Shown: one piece after another, positions 1 to 12,754 of the stretch
Numbering within the stretch: the first letter of the stretch is position 1
How the letters are laid out: every line of letters starts with the position of its first letter
Assembly: GCA_001179505.1 (NCBI GenBank)
Contig: CDMY01000359.1
Span: 37,864 to 101,863 of the forward strand
Direction of reading: 5' to 3'
From: Vitrella brassicaformis CCMP3155
Lineage: Eukaryota; Protista; Chromerida
Length of the DNA stretch: 64,000 nt
Made by a program: the position numbers and the translations under genes
The notes under the pieces: generated by a model
Seen by the model: the letters and a program-made list of their open reading frames with translations, nothing else
The model's database searches: none
Told to the model about the DNA's origin: nothing

Positions 1-2740
1 CCCTATACACACGCAGCAGACGGCGGGCCCACGATGGCTGGCTTGGCTGGGTGGCGGATGATGTGGCAGTGCGTCTGGACGCTGCCTTGGGCGGGTCGCG
101 AGGGGGCGGGGGCAAGTCGGGCAACGCCGCCCAACTTTCAAGCAGGGCGAGCAGCGTCTCCTCGGTGGCAGCAGGGTTCTGGGCGGCGAGCTCTAGGGCC
201 GTGTTGGGGCGCCCCACCGGCTCCTTGACCATCTCAGCCGCCCGGTGCTGCAGCAGGAAGCCAACTGTGGCATTGGGATGCGGGGCTTCACATGCAAGCT
301 GCAGCAGGGTCCGCCCCCCGTTGTCGCGTGCCATGGTGCATGAGGCGATGCCGCTAGTGATGCCGCCGTAGTGGACGAGGTGGTTGAGGGTCTGTCGCTG
401 CAGCAGGCCGTCGTCCAGTGGATGGATGCAGAACCACTGCAGCGGCGTCCTGCCGCTGTGGATGTCCAACTCCCTCGCCAATGACCGGGCGACAGCCAGC
501 CGCCGCTGCGTGACGTCCTGCTGCTGCTGCTGGGGATCCACGCAATGTGGCAGCAGCCGGTCGACCAGCCTTGCCTTGGCGGCCGGGTCAGCCATGCACT
601 TGGCGACCTCTCGCAACAGCTGGATGCCCCTGACGACGGGGTGCCGCTGCTGGAGAAGAGCCTCTGCAATGTCGAGCCGGACTCTCTTGATCGCCAGCTT
701 GATCGGCCAGCCGCCGTCCACGTCTGTACCAGCCTGGATGAGGGCTTCCACGACCTGCCGGGCGAGAGTGTCGTCCTCTATCTGGATGATGGCGAGTTCG
801 ATCAGGGTGCGTCGGGTGCCGCCCACGTGCACTGTCGCCATGACGTCGCACGACGAAGCACTGATGAGGTCGGGGAGGGTGGCAGGTGCGATGGTGCCGT
901 TGACGATGCTGGTGGCGAGTTCCTTGGTCGGCTCGCTGGTGTCGGCATCGAATTCGAGCGCACCCAAGCTGTTGACCGGCCCTGCGGCCAGCCGAGGCGC
1001 TGATGGCGGGGGCAGCCGGCCAACAAACCCGCCGACACCTCGGATCTTCGTCCTCCCAGCTGCATGCATGCCTACACCCACGTGCAAAGACATGCGCGAA
1101 TGCATGCGTGTGTGTCCATCGTCATTCCGGTTGGGTGAGTGTGTGTACCTTGCTTTGTGTGGTGTCTGGGTGGCGGGAGTGATGGTATCGGCGGCCTGAA
1201 GACGCCCTTGCGCGGGACAGCCGAGAGTCTGGTCTCGCCACCTGCATGCAGAGAAAACCACATGGATGGACGTGAATGCATAACTGTGTCAAAGCTGGTA
1301 TGTACCTTCCTGGGCGTGGTGCTTGGGGGACTTCGAGCCGCCCCTGCGCAAGACGGTATGCCCACGGGGAGGTGGCGACGGGGCCGAGGGTGCAGACTGG
1401 TCATCTGCACGCAGGAACAGACGGGTGCTCGTGACATTTCTTGCACGCATTTCTCGCTTACCATCGCCGTAGAAAGGTGCATCCTCCTCGCTTGAGCGAG
1501 ACGCAGCAGCAGCAGCAGCAGCAGCCTGAATGGACACACACACATGGTTCTCTTGCGTGAGTGGACTCGTCCTTCGTTTGTTGTCTGTCCATCTGACTGA
1601 CCTGCAGCTGCAGCTGAGCCGCAACTTGCACTGATCGACATGTACGTACGACACACAAAGGACACCAAACCATTGATGGACGCGCTCTCACCTCGTTTTC
1701 CCCTCCCCCCTTCCCATGCGTACCTGTGGTGTCCAGCAGAGCATCCACGTTGAAGTTGTTGGCGCCTCTCGCGCCAGACCAAGAGCTACAGGGAACCTGT
1801 CCGCCCCCACCCCCACCACCGCCCTCTCCGCCGACAACAGCCTCATCATTGCCCGCCGCCATCCCTTCAGCGGCCTCGCCTCCAAATACACTGCTGGCGT
1901 CAGATCTCCCTCTCCTTGTGTGCCGGTGTGGCCGGCCAGCACGATGAGGCGCGTCGTGTCGGGACCACGGGAGGCGTGTGAATCGATGACGAGTGTGTTG
2001 GGGATCTGGTTGGGTGTGGCAGTGAGGAGGGCCTGGTATGTCGGGGGCAGAAGGGAGGCGGTCACGGGGGCAGACGCGACTTCCTTGAATGCGAGTGTGT
2101 CGTCGGCTGTGGGGTGGGTCAGGATCCTTATGGCGGCGTACTGGGAGAAGGTCGGGTACATGCACTTGGCACCGATGTCCTCCACCACCTGCAGCACACA
2201 CAGATGACCACACAGATAAGTTAAGTGCGCCCATTCATGGACTGACGTGTGTTCCCCTCTTTGCTCACGGGGTCGGCGCTAGAGTAGTGCCTGCGATAGC
2301 GGTCGTCCACCCCTCGCTCCATGCTCCCCACCACACGGAAGCGCCGATCCCCCATGCTAAACTCTGCCGCCCCGCCGCCGCGCCGCGCGATGCTGATGCC
2401 CAACCCGAGAGCGCTGCCGAAGGCCGCAAACTGGGCGATGGCCTGGGGCATCCCGCACCGAGTGACGTCTGCCGCACTGGGGAAGTGCTTCTGGATAGAA
2501 GCCGGACAGATGGCCAGCTCGTGGCGGCAAAGCTGCCTCCTGGTAGCCAGCTCGAGGGGCTGCTCCCACCTGTCCCAGTTCCTCATCTCCTCCTTGAGCT
2601 GCGTCACCGTCTGCGTGTACGTGCCCAGCGAGAGGCCCCTTGGCATCCTTGTCGGGTCGGTCTCAGCATAGAGCAGCCGGGGCACGAGCTCAGTCCATCG
2701 CCGTCTTGGGAGCTGCTTCTTGCACCCGACATCTCAATAT
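1..2740 (-). CDS. Multi-exon gene: lineage-specific domain followed by low-complexity linker and ankyrin-like repeats; 3' end runs off the window
   Basis: Phase-compatible GT-AG junctions link ORF 2221-2685 (..YSSADP) to 1688-2197 (VVEDIG..WTPQ, donor 1723), short exons from 1525 down to ~1150 and an open exon 1059->1 not in the ORF track, containing ankyrin-like GRTPLQW, GRTLLQLAC, NTALELAA. Exact 5' start not resolved. Confidence 0.6.
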
Positions 2741-3166
2741 GCTCTCTCAGCAGTGGACCGGCAGACGAATCGATGAGGCCGACAGAGTGAATGGGTCTCG
2801 GCACGTCGAAAGAAGCCGCGGCGCACTACCACAGCCGGCCATTGCATGTGCTGTGCTCGCAGCTCCAGACGGGCTTGTGGTGGAACGAAGGCGGGGCGCG
2901 ATGAATCACTTATCAGCTAAGCCGACACGCGTCAGTCAGGCGACGAGCATTGCGTTATCTAAGAGGCAAGGAACGAAGAAGGAATGTGCCTCTCTGCAGC
3001 AGCAGGGTTTCATGGAGCACCCTAAGCGGCCTGGGAGTTGCGATTCAGTTGGCTTACAGATTACACGTAAGGAAGCAAGCAGGCATGCACGTTCCATCAG
3101 CCCCAAAGCACTGAATGCTCTCCTGTTGTCACTCACTCGACGTCCTTTCCTCACCTCAGGTAGCTC

Positions 3167-4471
3167 ATGGCGTTCCGGGCTCCCACTCGCCAGCGCCCGA
3201 ACCCCCGGCCAGTGCCCTCCCTCTGGAGCATCGCACTCAACAAAGCCGCCACCATGGCCATGGCCGGCGAGGGCAGCAGCAGACGTGAGGCCCTCCTCGC
3301 GCAGCTCAGCAGACAGCCCATGACGGAGATCCCAGCTGGCGTGACTCTGCCGGTGGCCCTCGAGCAGCATAAGGAGCAGATCATGACTCGGGAGGGCCTC
3401 CATGGCGTGCTGTCGTTCGCCACAGGCAATGACCTGGAGGCGGCCATCAAGACGGTGTACGTGCTGGAGAAGGGCGGGGCGTGGCGGGAGTGGGTGGGGC
3501 CTCTCCATCTCGCCAAGCACCACGGGTGGGTGGATGCCCTGCCCATCCAGCTGGCGGCCGACGACCTGCAGCACATCGGAAGCAAGGCCACATTCGCCAG
3601 GCGGCCTGAGAGGGTGCGCCAGTACACCCTGTTTAGCCATCGATTGCGCAAGGGGGGCGAGGATCTGAGTTTCGAGGAGATGGAGGAGATGGGCACGTGG
3701 GGGTACCATGAGGGGCGGTCGGATGGCTGCTACTTCCCGTATGTCGCCAAGGACCCGCCGTGTGACGATAGCGACAGTGAGCCAAACACGATGAACCACA
3801 GATAGTTTCAGACATTCATAGCCCCCATGTTGTCCATTTGCTTTGTGTGTGCAGACTTGTCTGGTGACAATGGGACATTTGCTACCTTTAGAGGTGCCGT
3901 CCTCTTCAGGTACAGACACACATACGCAACAGGGAGAACAGAGGAGGTCATTCATCAATCGCATTTTCCTCCGTTGCCTGTTTCCAGCATCCAGTGCGGT
4001 GAGACGCTGCGGGGCGTTGAGAGACTCGCAAGCGACGACATCTCCAAGGACCGCCAGCCGCGCCGCTACGCTCGCGCCGCGGCCATCCTGAATGACCGAT
4101 CATCCACTCGCCTGACCACCAAATGGAGCGAGGAAGACCCCGAGACGGGCAGCCCCACCTTCGGCAGCCGCATCACTCTGTATGGCGACAAGGCGGGCGA
4201 CGAGTACGCCCTCTACTTGGCCATCGAGCTCAAGGAGGAGTTCCCCGAGTTCGTGATGGATGACGACGACGACGACGACGACGGCCCTGCGGAGAAGGCC
4301 GTGGTGGAGCTGCTGACCACGGCCAGGGGCAGCCAGCAGGAGGCTGCCGTGGCCAAGGCGAGGGAGCTGCTGGGCGAGGACGACGTGCGGCTGCTGTTTG
4401 GTAGCATCTCGTACCAGGCACTGGTGGCACAGAGGGCAGCGGACAATGAGCCGCTGCCGCCGCTCGTCTGA
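3167..4471 (+). CDS. Two-exon hypothetical protein, lineage-specific expanded family
   Basis: ORF 3167-3776 + intron 3777-3854 (GTGAG..GCAG) + 3855-4471 joins in frame (A+AC=Asn); motifs resemble the 1-2740 and 34087 genes. Confidence 0.7.
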
Positions 4472-6365
4472 TGTGCTGCTGAACGGGGCTAGTGGATGAG
4501 TGCTAGTGGGTATCTGTTGCCTGCATCTGTACATATACTGTCTTGTGTTCGTTGAGTGGAGGGGAAGCCACGAGGTGACTCAGCTCGGTTGCTGATGATT
4601 GTAGTAATGATTGTGTGTGGGTGGTGTGCCAGCGATGGCGTGGTTGTCCGTCGTGCTGATGTATGCTGCAGCCGTCTTCGCGGCCGCAACATGTATCTAT
4701 CACATGGGTGGCAACCACGCTAACGTCGGCTGGAGCCTGCACACGTGCCGAACCGACAAGAATGAAGTGTCTAGTAGTGAGTAATCTCTTGCGCATGCTG
4801 GACCGAGCTATTCCATTCATATCTGATGATGTATGTCATGTCTTCATCTTGTACGGAAAGCGACAGATGAGCTCAGGTAATCTGTCGCGGTGCATGTGCA
4901 CCACAGCAGTGCACATGCAGATGTTCATACGGATGGATGGATGGATGGATGGGTGTGTTGGTATCTTGTCCCACCATCCTGCCCTTGTGCACAGGGTAGC
5001 ACAGGGTAGCACAGGGCGCTGACAAATCCTGGCAGATCTGCGCTATCTTAGCTCGCAAGGGGAAAAGGGGGAAAGAAGCGAACGGACTTTTGAGGCGTAC
5101 CAGTGAGCACTTTGACGATGGCCCCCTCCATTGCTGATGAGAATCCGTCGTTTGCTGTGAGCACCTTCCGAACGACCGTGGGCGACTTGGGGAGGGGCTG
5201 GAAGGTACGTATATGAGCATCGAAACGAATAGGGAGCAACTCTGAGTCAAAGGTCATCCCCTTGGGTGTGGCAATGCCGCTCTTTCTGTTTTCTTGCTCA
5301 GGCGACTAGTGGTGTTCGCATTGACCAGACAGAGATACCGAAAATGGCAGATGTGATGGGCAGGAAGATGTAAGACGACGCACTTGGCAAGCACTTGGGG
5401 CACGAACAACGGCATATATTGACTTCTGCGCATCCAACTATGCGTGTTTGTGCAGTTTGGTCAAGGCCCCACTGAGGCCGCAGATAGACACGAGCGCGTT
5501 TCCCTATCTGGAGAGCAACGAGAGAAAGGACAAAGAGAACCAGGCGGACAGGGTCAGCAGGTACGCCATGGGGGCGATGACTCATCCAACATTGCTGTGT
5601 GATGTCTATTCAGCGCTCACACGATCCCCCGCAAGTTTCGCTGCACTGCGGACAAAATCGAATATCCAGAGGACAGCAGGAAGGTGCGCGGACCGAGCAG
5701 CAACTGGCCAACCGCCTCGTCCATGACGATCGTCGCCCTTTGTCTTGCAGGGTGCGTCCAACCCTTTGTATGCCACTGCATCGCGTGACTACGGGTAAGA
5801 GAGATACAGGAGATAAGATCGATGAGCATGACAGCCAGATATGTGTGGATGTGAACGTCACTTGACAGAAAGGAGAAGCCCAAGCAGCACCAGCTGCCAG
5901 GTGACATGTGAGAGACAGAGACATGGAATCCCCTCTCTGTCTCGATTCCTGTATTGATCGATCAGAGCGTTACTTTCCCAAGTCAAATGCATTCACAAAG
6001 GGGTTCCCTGTGGGCGCCACACGGATGGCTGGCCTCAAGACGGCCGCGACGCGCAGCAATGTCCACAGCGCACTTGACAGATTCTACTAATCATAGAAAA
6101 AGACGAACTACCTGCTTTTGCGGACAGTATATCGATGCTCTTTCCTGCACGCACTGAATGGACATGACACTCGATCTGTCATTCATGAAAGACGTGTGGC
6201 AATCTGCACGTCAGGCGCCTCGGTTCTATGTGTGCGGCACGCTGCACAGAGCGTATGCATGTATGTATGTATGTATGTACGCGTACGTATGAGTGACTGT
6301 ATTACGCGATCGATATCCGCTGATCGATCGCTTGTCTGAGTCACAAAGAGTTGTCGTCAATCACA

Positions 6366-7290
6366 ATGTCTGATCGGTCGATTGCGAAACGTGCGGGTGA
6401 GATCGGAGAGGCTTACCCCGCACTGGATCGGCACCTTACAGGCCACGTGAATCTGCTTGCAAGGTACACATACTCACACACACTAAGCTCTCACTCATTG
6501 GATGGTTGTCTGTCTGTCTGTCTGTCTGCTGTCTCTTCTGATGGCTCGTCTCGCCAGACGTCAGTCTGCCCTTGCAGCTCCGGGTAACAAGGCCATGCAG
6601 ACATTCACCTGACAATTGTGACTGTCTGTCTGTCTGTCTGTGTCTTGCTTCCTGCTTGTCTGCATGTACTTGTTGGCCGTCTTGGCGTCGCCTATCCGTT
6701 CATCGATCCATTCTTCGACGATGCAGTAAGGAAACCTCAAGAACCAAAGACAGATGACACACCTACTTGTGCTGTGTCATCTACGTCTTCTTTGTGCACA
6801 CAAACGCAGGCCCGCCGTCCGTCGAAGGGACGAGATCGCATGGTCACTGAGCACACACTGCTCCCTCATGTGTGAATGTGTGTTGTGGTTCTCGTCTGAC
6901 TCAGGCGCTGGAGAAGTGGCTCAAGGAACGCGGCCTGGAGAAACTGACAAACGCACTCCTTAGCAACAACGTTCGCTCTCTCGCGGTATTTACACGATTC
7001 TCTCTCACCCCCTCTCACCCTCTCTCTCTCTGCGTGTGTGTGTGTGATGTGTGCAGCGGTTGAAGAGGGTTACTCACTACGACAATATCGATGAGCTGCG
7101 CAACCTGACTGGCCTGACCTGTAGGCTTGATGGATACATGTACGTGCAGACAGACAGAGAGACATACACATCTATGTGTGTGCATGGGTGCAGTGGTGGA
7201 GAAGGCAACGCTGGTTGGGCTGCACCACGCCATCCCCACATGATACACACACTCATGACACACGAACACCGCATGAATGGAGCAGGGAAA
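6366..7290 (+). CDS. Small multi-exon gene with SAM-like exon, tandem copy 1
   Basis: ATG 6366; exon ALEKWLKERGLEKLTNALLSNNVRSLA after CAG acceptor ~6904; collinear with 7697-8606. Splicing not fully resolved. Confidence 0.4.
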
Positions 7291-7696
7291 GTGAGTGTGC
7301 TGGATGTCTGGATGAGGAAAGTGAGTGGATGCTCTCACACAGAGATAGACAGAGAGAGAGGGGGACACAGAAGCGATGAGTGGACTGAGTGGTGAGAGAG
7401 GGTGCATGGCTGATCAAATGACTGACTGGATGCATGGATGCTCACTGGCCGTGTCTCTTTTGTTTTGGAATGGCCACGTGCGTCTGGATGTACCGATGAT
7501 GCACGCACGCTGCACCAGACCCTACACGCACGCTGCACAGAACGCACGTGGGGAGGCCTTGTGATCGATTGAAGATCCGGAGGGGAACTTTCATTGACGA
7601 TTTCTTTGACCGAAGACATGTTGGGGCCGGCCAAAGCTGGCAAGATGGGGACGAGATGCCCAGCCGTTCGTCGCTGATCGATTGTTGTGAATCACA

Positions 7697-8606
7697 ATGT
7701 CTCGTCGATTAATCGCGATGGCTCGTGGTCAGCTCCCGGAGTTTCTCGAGAGGAATATCGACGCACTGGATCGGCCCGCGCGGTACACACACGCACACAC
7801 ACTAAGCTCTCACTCAGTGGCTGGTTGTCTGTCTGTCTGTCTGTCTCGTGTCGCTGTCTCTTCTGATGGCTCGTCTCGGCAGACAGTCTGCCCCTGCAGT
7901 TCCGGGTAACAAGGCCATGCAGACATTCACCTGGCACTTGCGACTGTCTGTCTGTGCCTTGCCTGCTTGATCGCATAATATGCATATGTGCTGCTCGTCT
8001 TGGCGTCGCCCATCCATGGATCCATCCATTCCATTCTTCGATCCATCGACGATGCAGTAAGGAGACGTCAAGAACCAAACACAGATGACACACCTACTTG
8101 TGCTGTGTCATCTGCGTCTTCTTTGTGCACACAAACGCAGGCCCGCCGACCGTCGAAGGGACGAGATCGCCTGGTCACTGAGCACACACTGCTCACTCAC
8201 GTGTGAATGTGTGTTGTGTTTCTTGTCTGATTCAGGCGCTGGAGAAGTGGCTCAAGGGACGCGGCCTGGAGCACCTCGCCCACTCCCTCAAGGCCCGCGG
8301 CGTGGCGTCACTGGCCGTGGGCAAACTATCATACCATCATAATAATCTTACATTACCTCTCTCTCTCTCTCTGTGTGTGTGTGCGTGAGATATGTGCAGG
8401 AGCTCAAGGAGGTGACTCGCAACCCTGATAAGCTGCGAAGCCTAACCCGCGGCGATCGCGATACCCGCCTGAGCCGTAGGCTTGATGGATACATGAACGT
8501 GCAGACAGAGAGACATACACAGATGTGTGTGCATGGGTGCAGTGGAGGAGATAGCAACGCTGGCTGGGCTGCATTGCGCCATCCCCGAATGATAGACACA
8601 GACTGA
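7697..8606 (+). CDS. Small multi-exon gene with SAM-like exon, tandem copy 2
   Basis: ATG 7697; exons ALEKWLKGRGLEHLAHSLKARGVASLA and ELKEVTRNPDKLRSLT..; stop 8606; introns similar to copy 1. Confidence 0.4.
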
Positions 8607-9279
8607 AGTGAAGGAGGGCCGGAGTGAGACTGTGTGGACTGACTGGCTGACTGGATTGTTTCAGTGTGTCTGAGGTGCATGTGGATGGACGAATACCCTG
8701 ACACACTGATGGTGGACTCGTCTCCACCGCTGCGACACTGATGGTGACTCCAGCTGTTGCATGATGAACTCACTCGAATACGGTCGTGTTGGCTGGCTGG
8801 CACATGGGACAAGACAGATACTAAGTGTGGCACTAAGACGCACACAGTCTTGGCTGTGTTGCAGTGTGCGTCTGTGCGGTGTTCCTTCATATGTGGCTGT
8901 TTGCATGGGCGACCGAGTCTCATGTCCTCAACCAACGACTGCAAACCACACACAGAAAGGACAGCATTGATTGGATGCAGTCACACACTTTTGCAATTCT
9001 GTTCTCTGCCTTTGTCCGTTGTCTCACGAGGCCTGCTGTGAGATTTCTGTCCCGAGTCGAACATACTCCTCGATGAACGTCAAGACATGATTGATGCCAA
9101 GTACTCGTGTCTCTGTCGCACCCACCCCAAAGTCGATGAGCCTATACGGTTTGCACCAAGAAACAACACAATAATACAAAATGCAGACAGCAATCTGCTG
9201 AACTACACACATTCCGCCTTCGATCAACATGTCTCTCCCTCTCCCGAGCCGATGTCGCCATTATATAAGCGGTACTTGT

Positions 9280-12190
9280 GGCTTGATCCTCCCCGTCTCT
9301 TCTGGCTTCCTTCCTTTGCTCTCAACTTCCTTTTTTCTGGCGGGGCTGAAGGTGGCCAGCCGCTGGCCCACGAAGGCCGGCCGACAAATCATCCATGAGG
9401 CTGGTCAAATTATCTTCTTCACTCGTCTCTGCTTGTCACTGGCGGTCGTGAGACGAAGTGTAGTGTGGGCTTGGGGGTGGGGTGGGGTTGGGTGTGGCGA
9501 GAAAAGACGTGGCCAAGGGTTGGAAGGGCTGGTGGTGAGGGAGAGGGTAGAGGAAATTGGGGCTGAGAGCTTAAAGCTGGACCGTTATGGCTCGTCGTTC
9601 GCTTTCCCTGAGCACACACATGACACAGTTGTGAAGAGAATGGCCCTGTAGATCTCGTCATCGAACACACCGGAGCTCCTTTTAGGGCTTGAAGCTGGGA
9701 GGCGGCCCAAATGTTCCGTCCAGGGGGCGGCGCGCAACACCCACAAGGAACGGCTTCGGGGCAGGTGGCCGTCCTCCTGGAAGGAGTGTCTTCCTTGAGG
9801 GGATGAGCTTCTTGGCTGAGAGAGACACAGAAGCAGACAGTGAAGTATGATGACAGACACACGGCTTGTCTTCCGTTGTATCGTCTCAGCGCACCTCTTG
9901 TTTGCTCCGGCACCGACGGCAGCTTGCGCTTGGGCTTGGGCTTGGGCTTGGGTGTTGTCGCCCTCTCTCGCAGTCGCTCCTGGAACGTCTTTGACTTGTT
10001 TTTGAACTGAGAAGCCAACCAGGCCACCATTAGAAAGTTGAGAGCTTCCAATCGAATGGCGCATTGTGGTGCAGCCGACCTGCTGCCTGAGCCGCTGGCG
10101 CCGTTGGTTTGTTTCCGCAATATCCCTCCACGCCCGCTGGAAGGGCGTCTCCTCGCTGGCCCCCTCCTCTCCCTCGTCTGCCGTGTCCTGCGCCGCCGTC
10201 TCCTCGACAACCTCCTCCTCGCCCTCGGCTGCTGTGTCGTCAGAAGGCAGGCACTCAGTAGGTTGTCTAGTTGGTTCTTGAGTATTCACTTCTTTTTTGA
10301 CTGCCGGCTGACGAGGACAGTCGGAAAAAGATAATATGCTGGCGGCAGAAAGCTGCAGTACCTTCTGCTTGGAGAATGCAAGTGTTCGGGGCCGTCCTTC
10401 TGTCCGCAGGTTTCTCGGCTCGACAGCGTCAGAGGGCCCTCGTCTGCCGTCTCCTCGGCAACCCCCTCCTCTTCCTCGTCTGCCGTCTCCTGCACGGCCA
10501 TCTCCTCGGCAAGCTCGGCAGCCGTGTCCTCCGCCGCCGTCTCCCCGACCACCCCCTCCTGTCCCTCGGCTGCCGCCTCGACGATCTCCTCCTCTCCCTC
10601 GGCTGCGGTGTCGTCAGAGGGCTGCTTGGGCATGATCTCTTCGTCCACGTCGAATGCGTCGCGCAAGTTGAGGGCCGCCGAGTCGCTCATCAAGCTCCCT
10701 GTTTTTCTCGGTGAGCGCCGCCCTTTGAGACGCAACCAAAGTTGCATGCATTGATCTGAAATGGAAAGGGCCTGTTGGTCCGAAGACACGACGGCACACG
10801 GAAAGCACCCAGACAGAGAGGTGTGGCGTGGCGGGCTAATGGATCATTGTAGGTGTCCCCTACCGCGAGTGATCGAATGCTAGTGCATTGCAGAGATGCT
10901 CCAGGCCGCGTGTCTTGAGGAAGTTGCTCAGTGCCTGAATCAGACAGGACACGCCTGTGTGTGTAGTGTGTGAGCAGTGTCTCTGTGTGTATTTCTGTGC
11001 AGGTGAGAGACACTGCGTACCAGTCGAGCCTGCTGTGCCGGTGCCGCATGCTTTTGGGCAGAAGGGACACACACAAAGGAGGGATCACACAGAGCCAAAG
11101 TGGGACTGTGTGGCGGTTGGTGTCTCCTTGCTGCACCATGGATGGATGGATGGATGGACAGATGACGCGAACGACCAGCACACCCAAAGAAGCAAGGCAC
11201 AGACAGACAGACATGCACACTTGGCCAAGTGAGGGTCTGCATTCCTTTCTTACCTTGTGTGTGTGTGTGTGTGTGTGTCTTGTCTTACCACCAGCGGGAC
11301 GGATCGCGCAATCTTCATTTGGGAAGAGACGCCCAGATATAAAATGTAGGCGGCGATGCTGATCGGAGGTCTTCGGCCTGGTTGAATGTCGATTACAAGC
11401 AGCACCCATCCCAGGGACGTCAGCCCCCTGCCACCACACAGCGCCCTTCCCTTCGCCCACCGCTTCACCAGCAAGGCTGAGAAAGAGAGCAAGCCGTGAA
11501 TTGTCACACTGTCTTTTGTGAACGTTAGTGACCGGTGTCTCCGCTTACCCAGCTTCCTGATAATTGGAGAAGACTCCATATATGCGAGGAGGAGCTTGGC
11601 CTTGTGGCTCCCCAGGCCGTTGTTAAAGGCCACATCAGCCTTCCCCCTTCCTTGGCTCTGACCAGACACACACCAGACACAAACCATCATCTGAACATCT
11701 TCTGTTCCATGATTCTGTCATTTTGGTACCTTTGACAGATGGCAGTGCACTGTCGGCCAACGCGCCCCATTTCGGGCATGGATGGACATGTCGGCCCCAT
11801 ACTGTTGACATGCACGCAGCGCACATGTCTCTTTGTTCTTTCTTTCCTTTTTTCGTTCGTCCTTGGCCTTCACTCACCCGATGCTTCAGGTCATCCCCCA
11901 GCTTCTCGCAGGCCAGCATCCCGACATCCTGATGCCCCTGCCTGGCCGAGCCCTCTCTAAGCAGCTGGTCGGCCTTGTCGGCCGGGATGGCAGCCGACAA
12001 GTCGACGTCGCTCTCCCATAAAGCCAGCTTGTAAGCAGCTGAGCCGAAGAGAACGGCGTCGGTGCCAAAGACCCGGTGCACGGCCTTTCGGAGCCGCCGC
12101 GCCATGGGCTCTGGTGGGTTGTTGATCGTGGAACGAGGCAGAGGACAATAAGTGCTATGGATGACTAAGTAGTCTGCCGAATTCACCTGC
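9280..12190 (-). CDS. Cid1/TRF4/TUTase-family (pol-beta superfamily) nucleotidyltransferase with SAM-like and acidic C-terminal exons
   Basis: LFGSAAYKLALWESDVDLS (~12060-12000; GS..DxD), next exon KADVAFNNGLGSHKAKLLLAYMESSPIIRKL (~11630-11540), next ALLVKRWAKGRALCGGRGLTSLGWVLLVI (~11480-11390): the canonical non-canonical-PAP/TUTase motif order. Connection to the downstream exons (10945-9280) is inferred. Confidence 0.65.
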
Positions 12191-12754
12191 AAGCGTACGT
12201 CTTGGTGGTTGTCGGGCGGGTGTCGGGCCTGTGGTGTGTTCACTGCAGGCAGTGGTCTCACTTGGCGTGTCTCGTGTGCTGATCTGTCACACCTTCAAGA
12301 AAGTCGTAGGCGGAAATGTCCGACTCGTCCCCCCATCCGTCGACCCGTCGGACATATGCCACTCGCCCACTCTGCAGGCTGCCGTCCTCAGGCAGGGTCT
12401 GGTGTTTGGCAAATGAGTGGAAGTGCAACCCATGTCTCTCATGTCCATCTCTGTCTCATCTCCTTACGGCGTCTTCTCCTTCGTGTGTCTCCGATTGCAC
12501 ACGGTGGCGATGCTCACTCAGCTGCTCCTCTGACCTGGCCATCAACGACTGCAAGCACCGGGAGCCAAACAAAGGGATGTATGACGTACTTTGGCAGTCG
12601 AAATGAATACCTACCTGCTGCTGGCTGATGAGTGTCTGAAGCCTGAGCACCTCCTCCTCGCTCTCCTTTAACCGTCCTTCTAACCATGCGATACTTTGGC
12701 GCAGCGCTGCGGGGCGGGGAAGGGAAGGAGACGAGGGGACGGCTCGTGTGAGGG

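Noticed and set aside
384-1199. Long plus-strand ORFs here and similar antisense ORFs over GC-rich exons across the window
   Set aside because: Shadow ORFs of coding sequence on the opposite strand.
5298-5760. Hydrophobic minus-strand ORF pieces
   Set aside because: Short, stop-interrupted, no motif or consistent splice structure.
6576-6590. Conserved 6-nt microexon (CAG|CTCCGG|GT) in both SAM-like copies
   Set aside because: Could not make the phases consistent with flanking exons.
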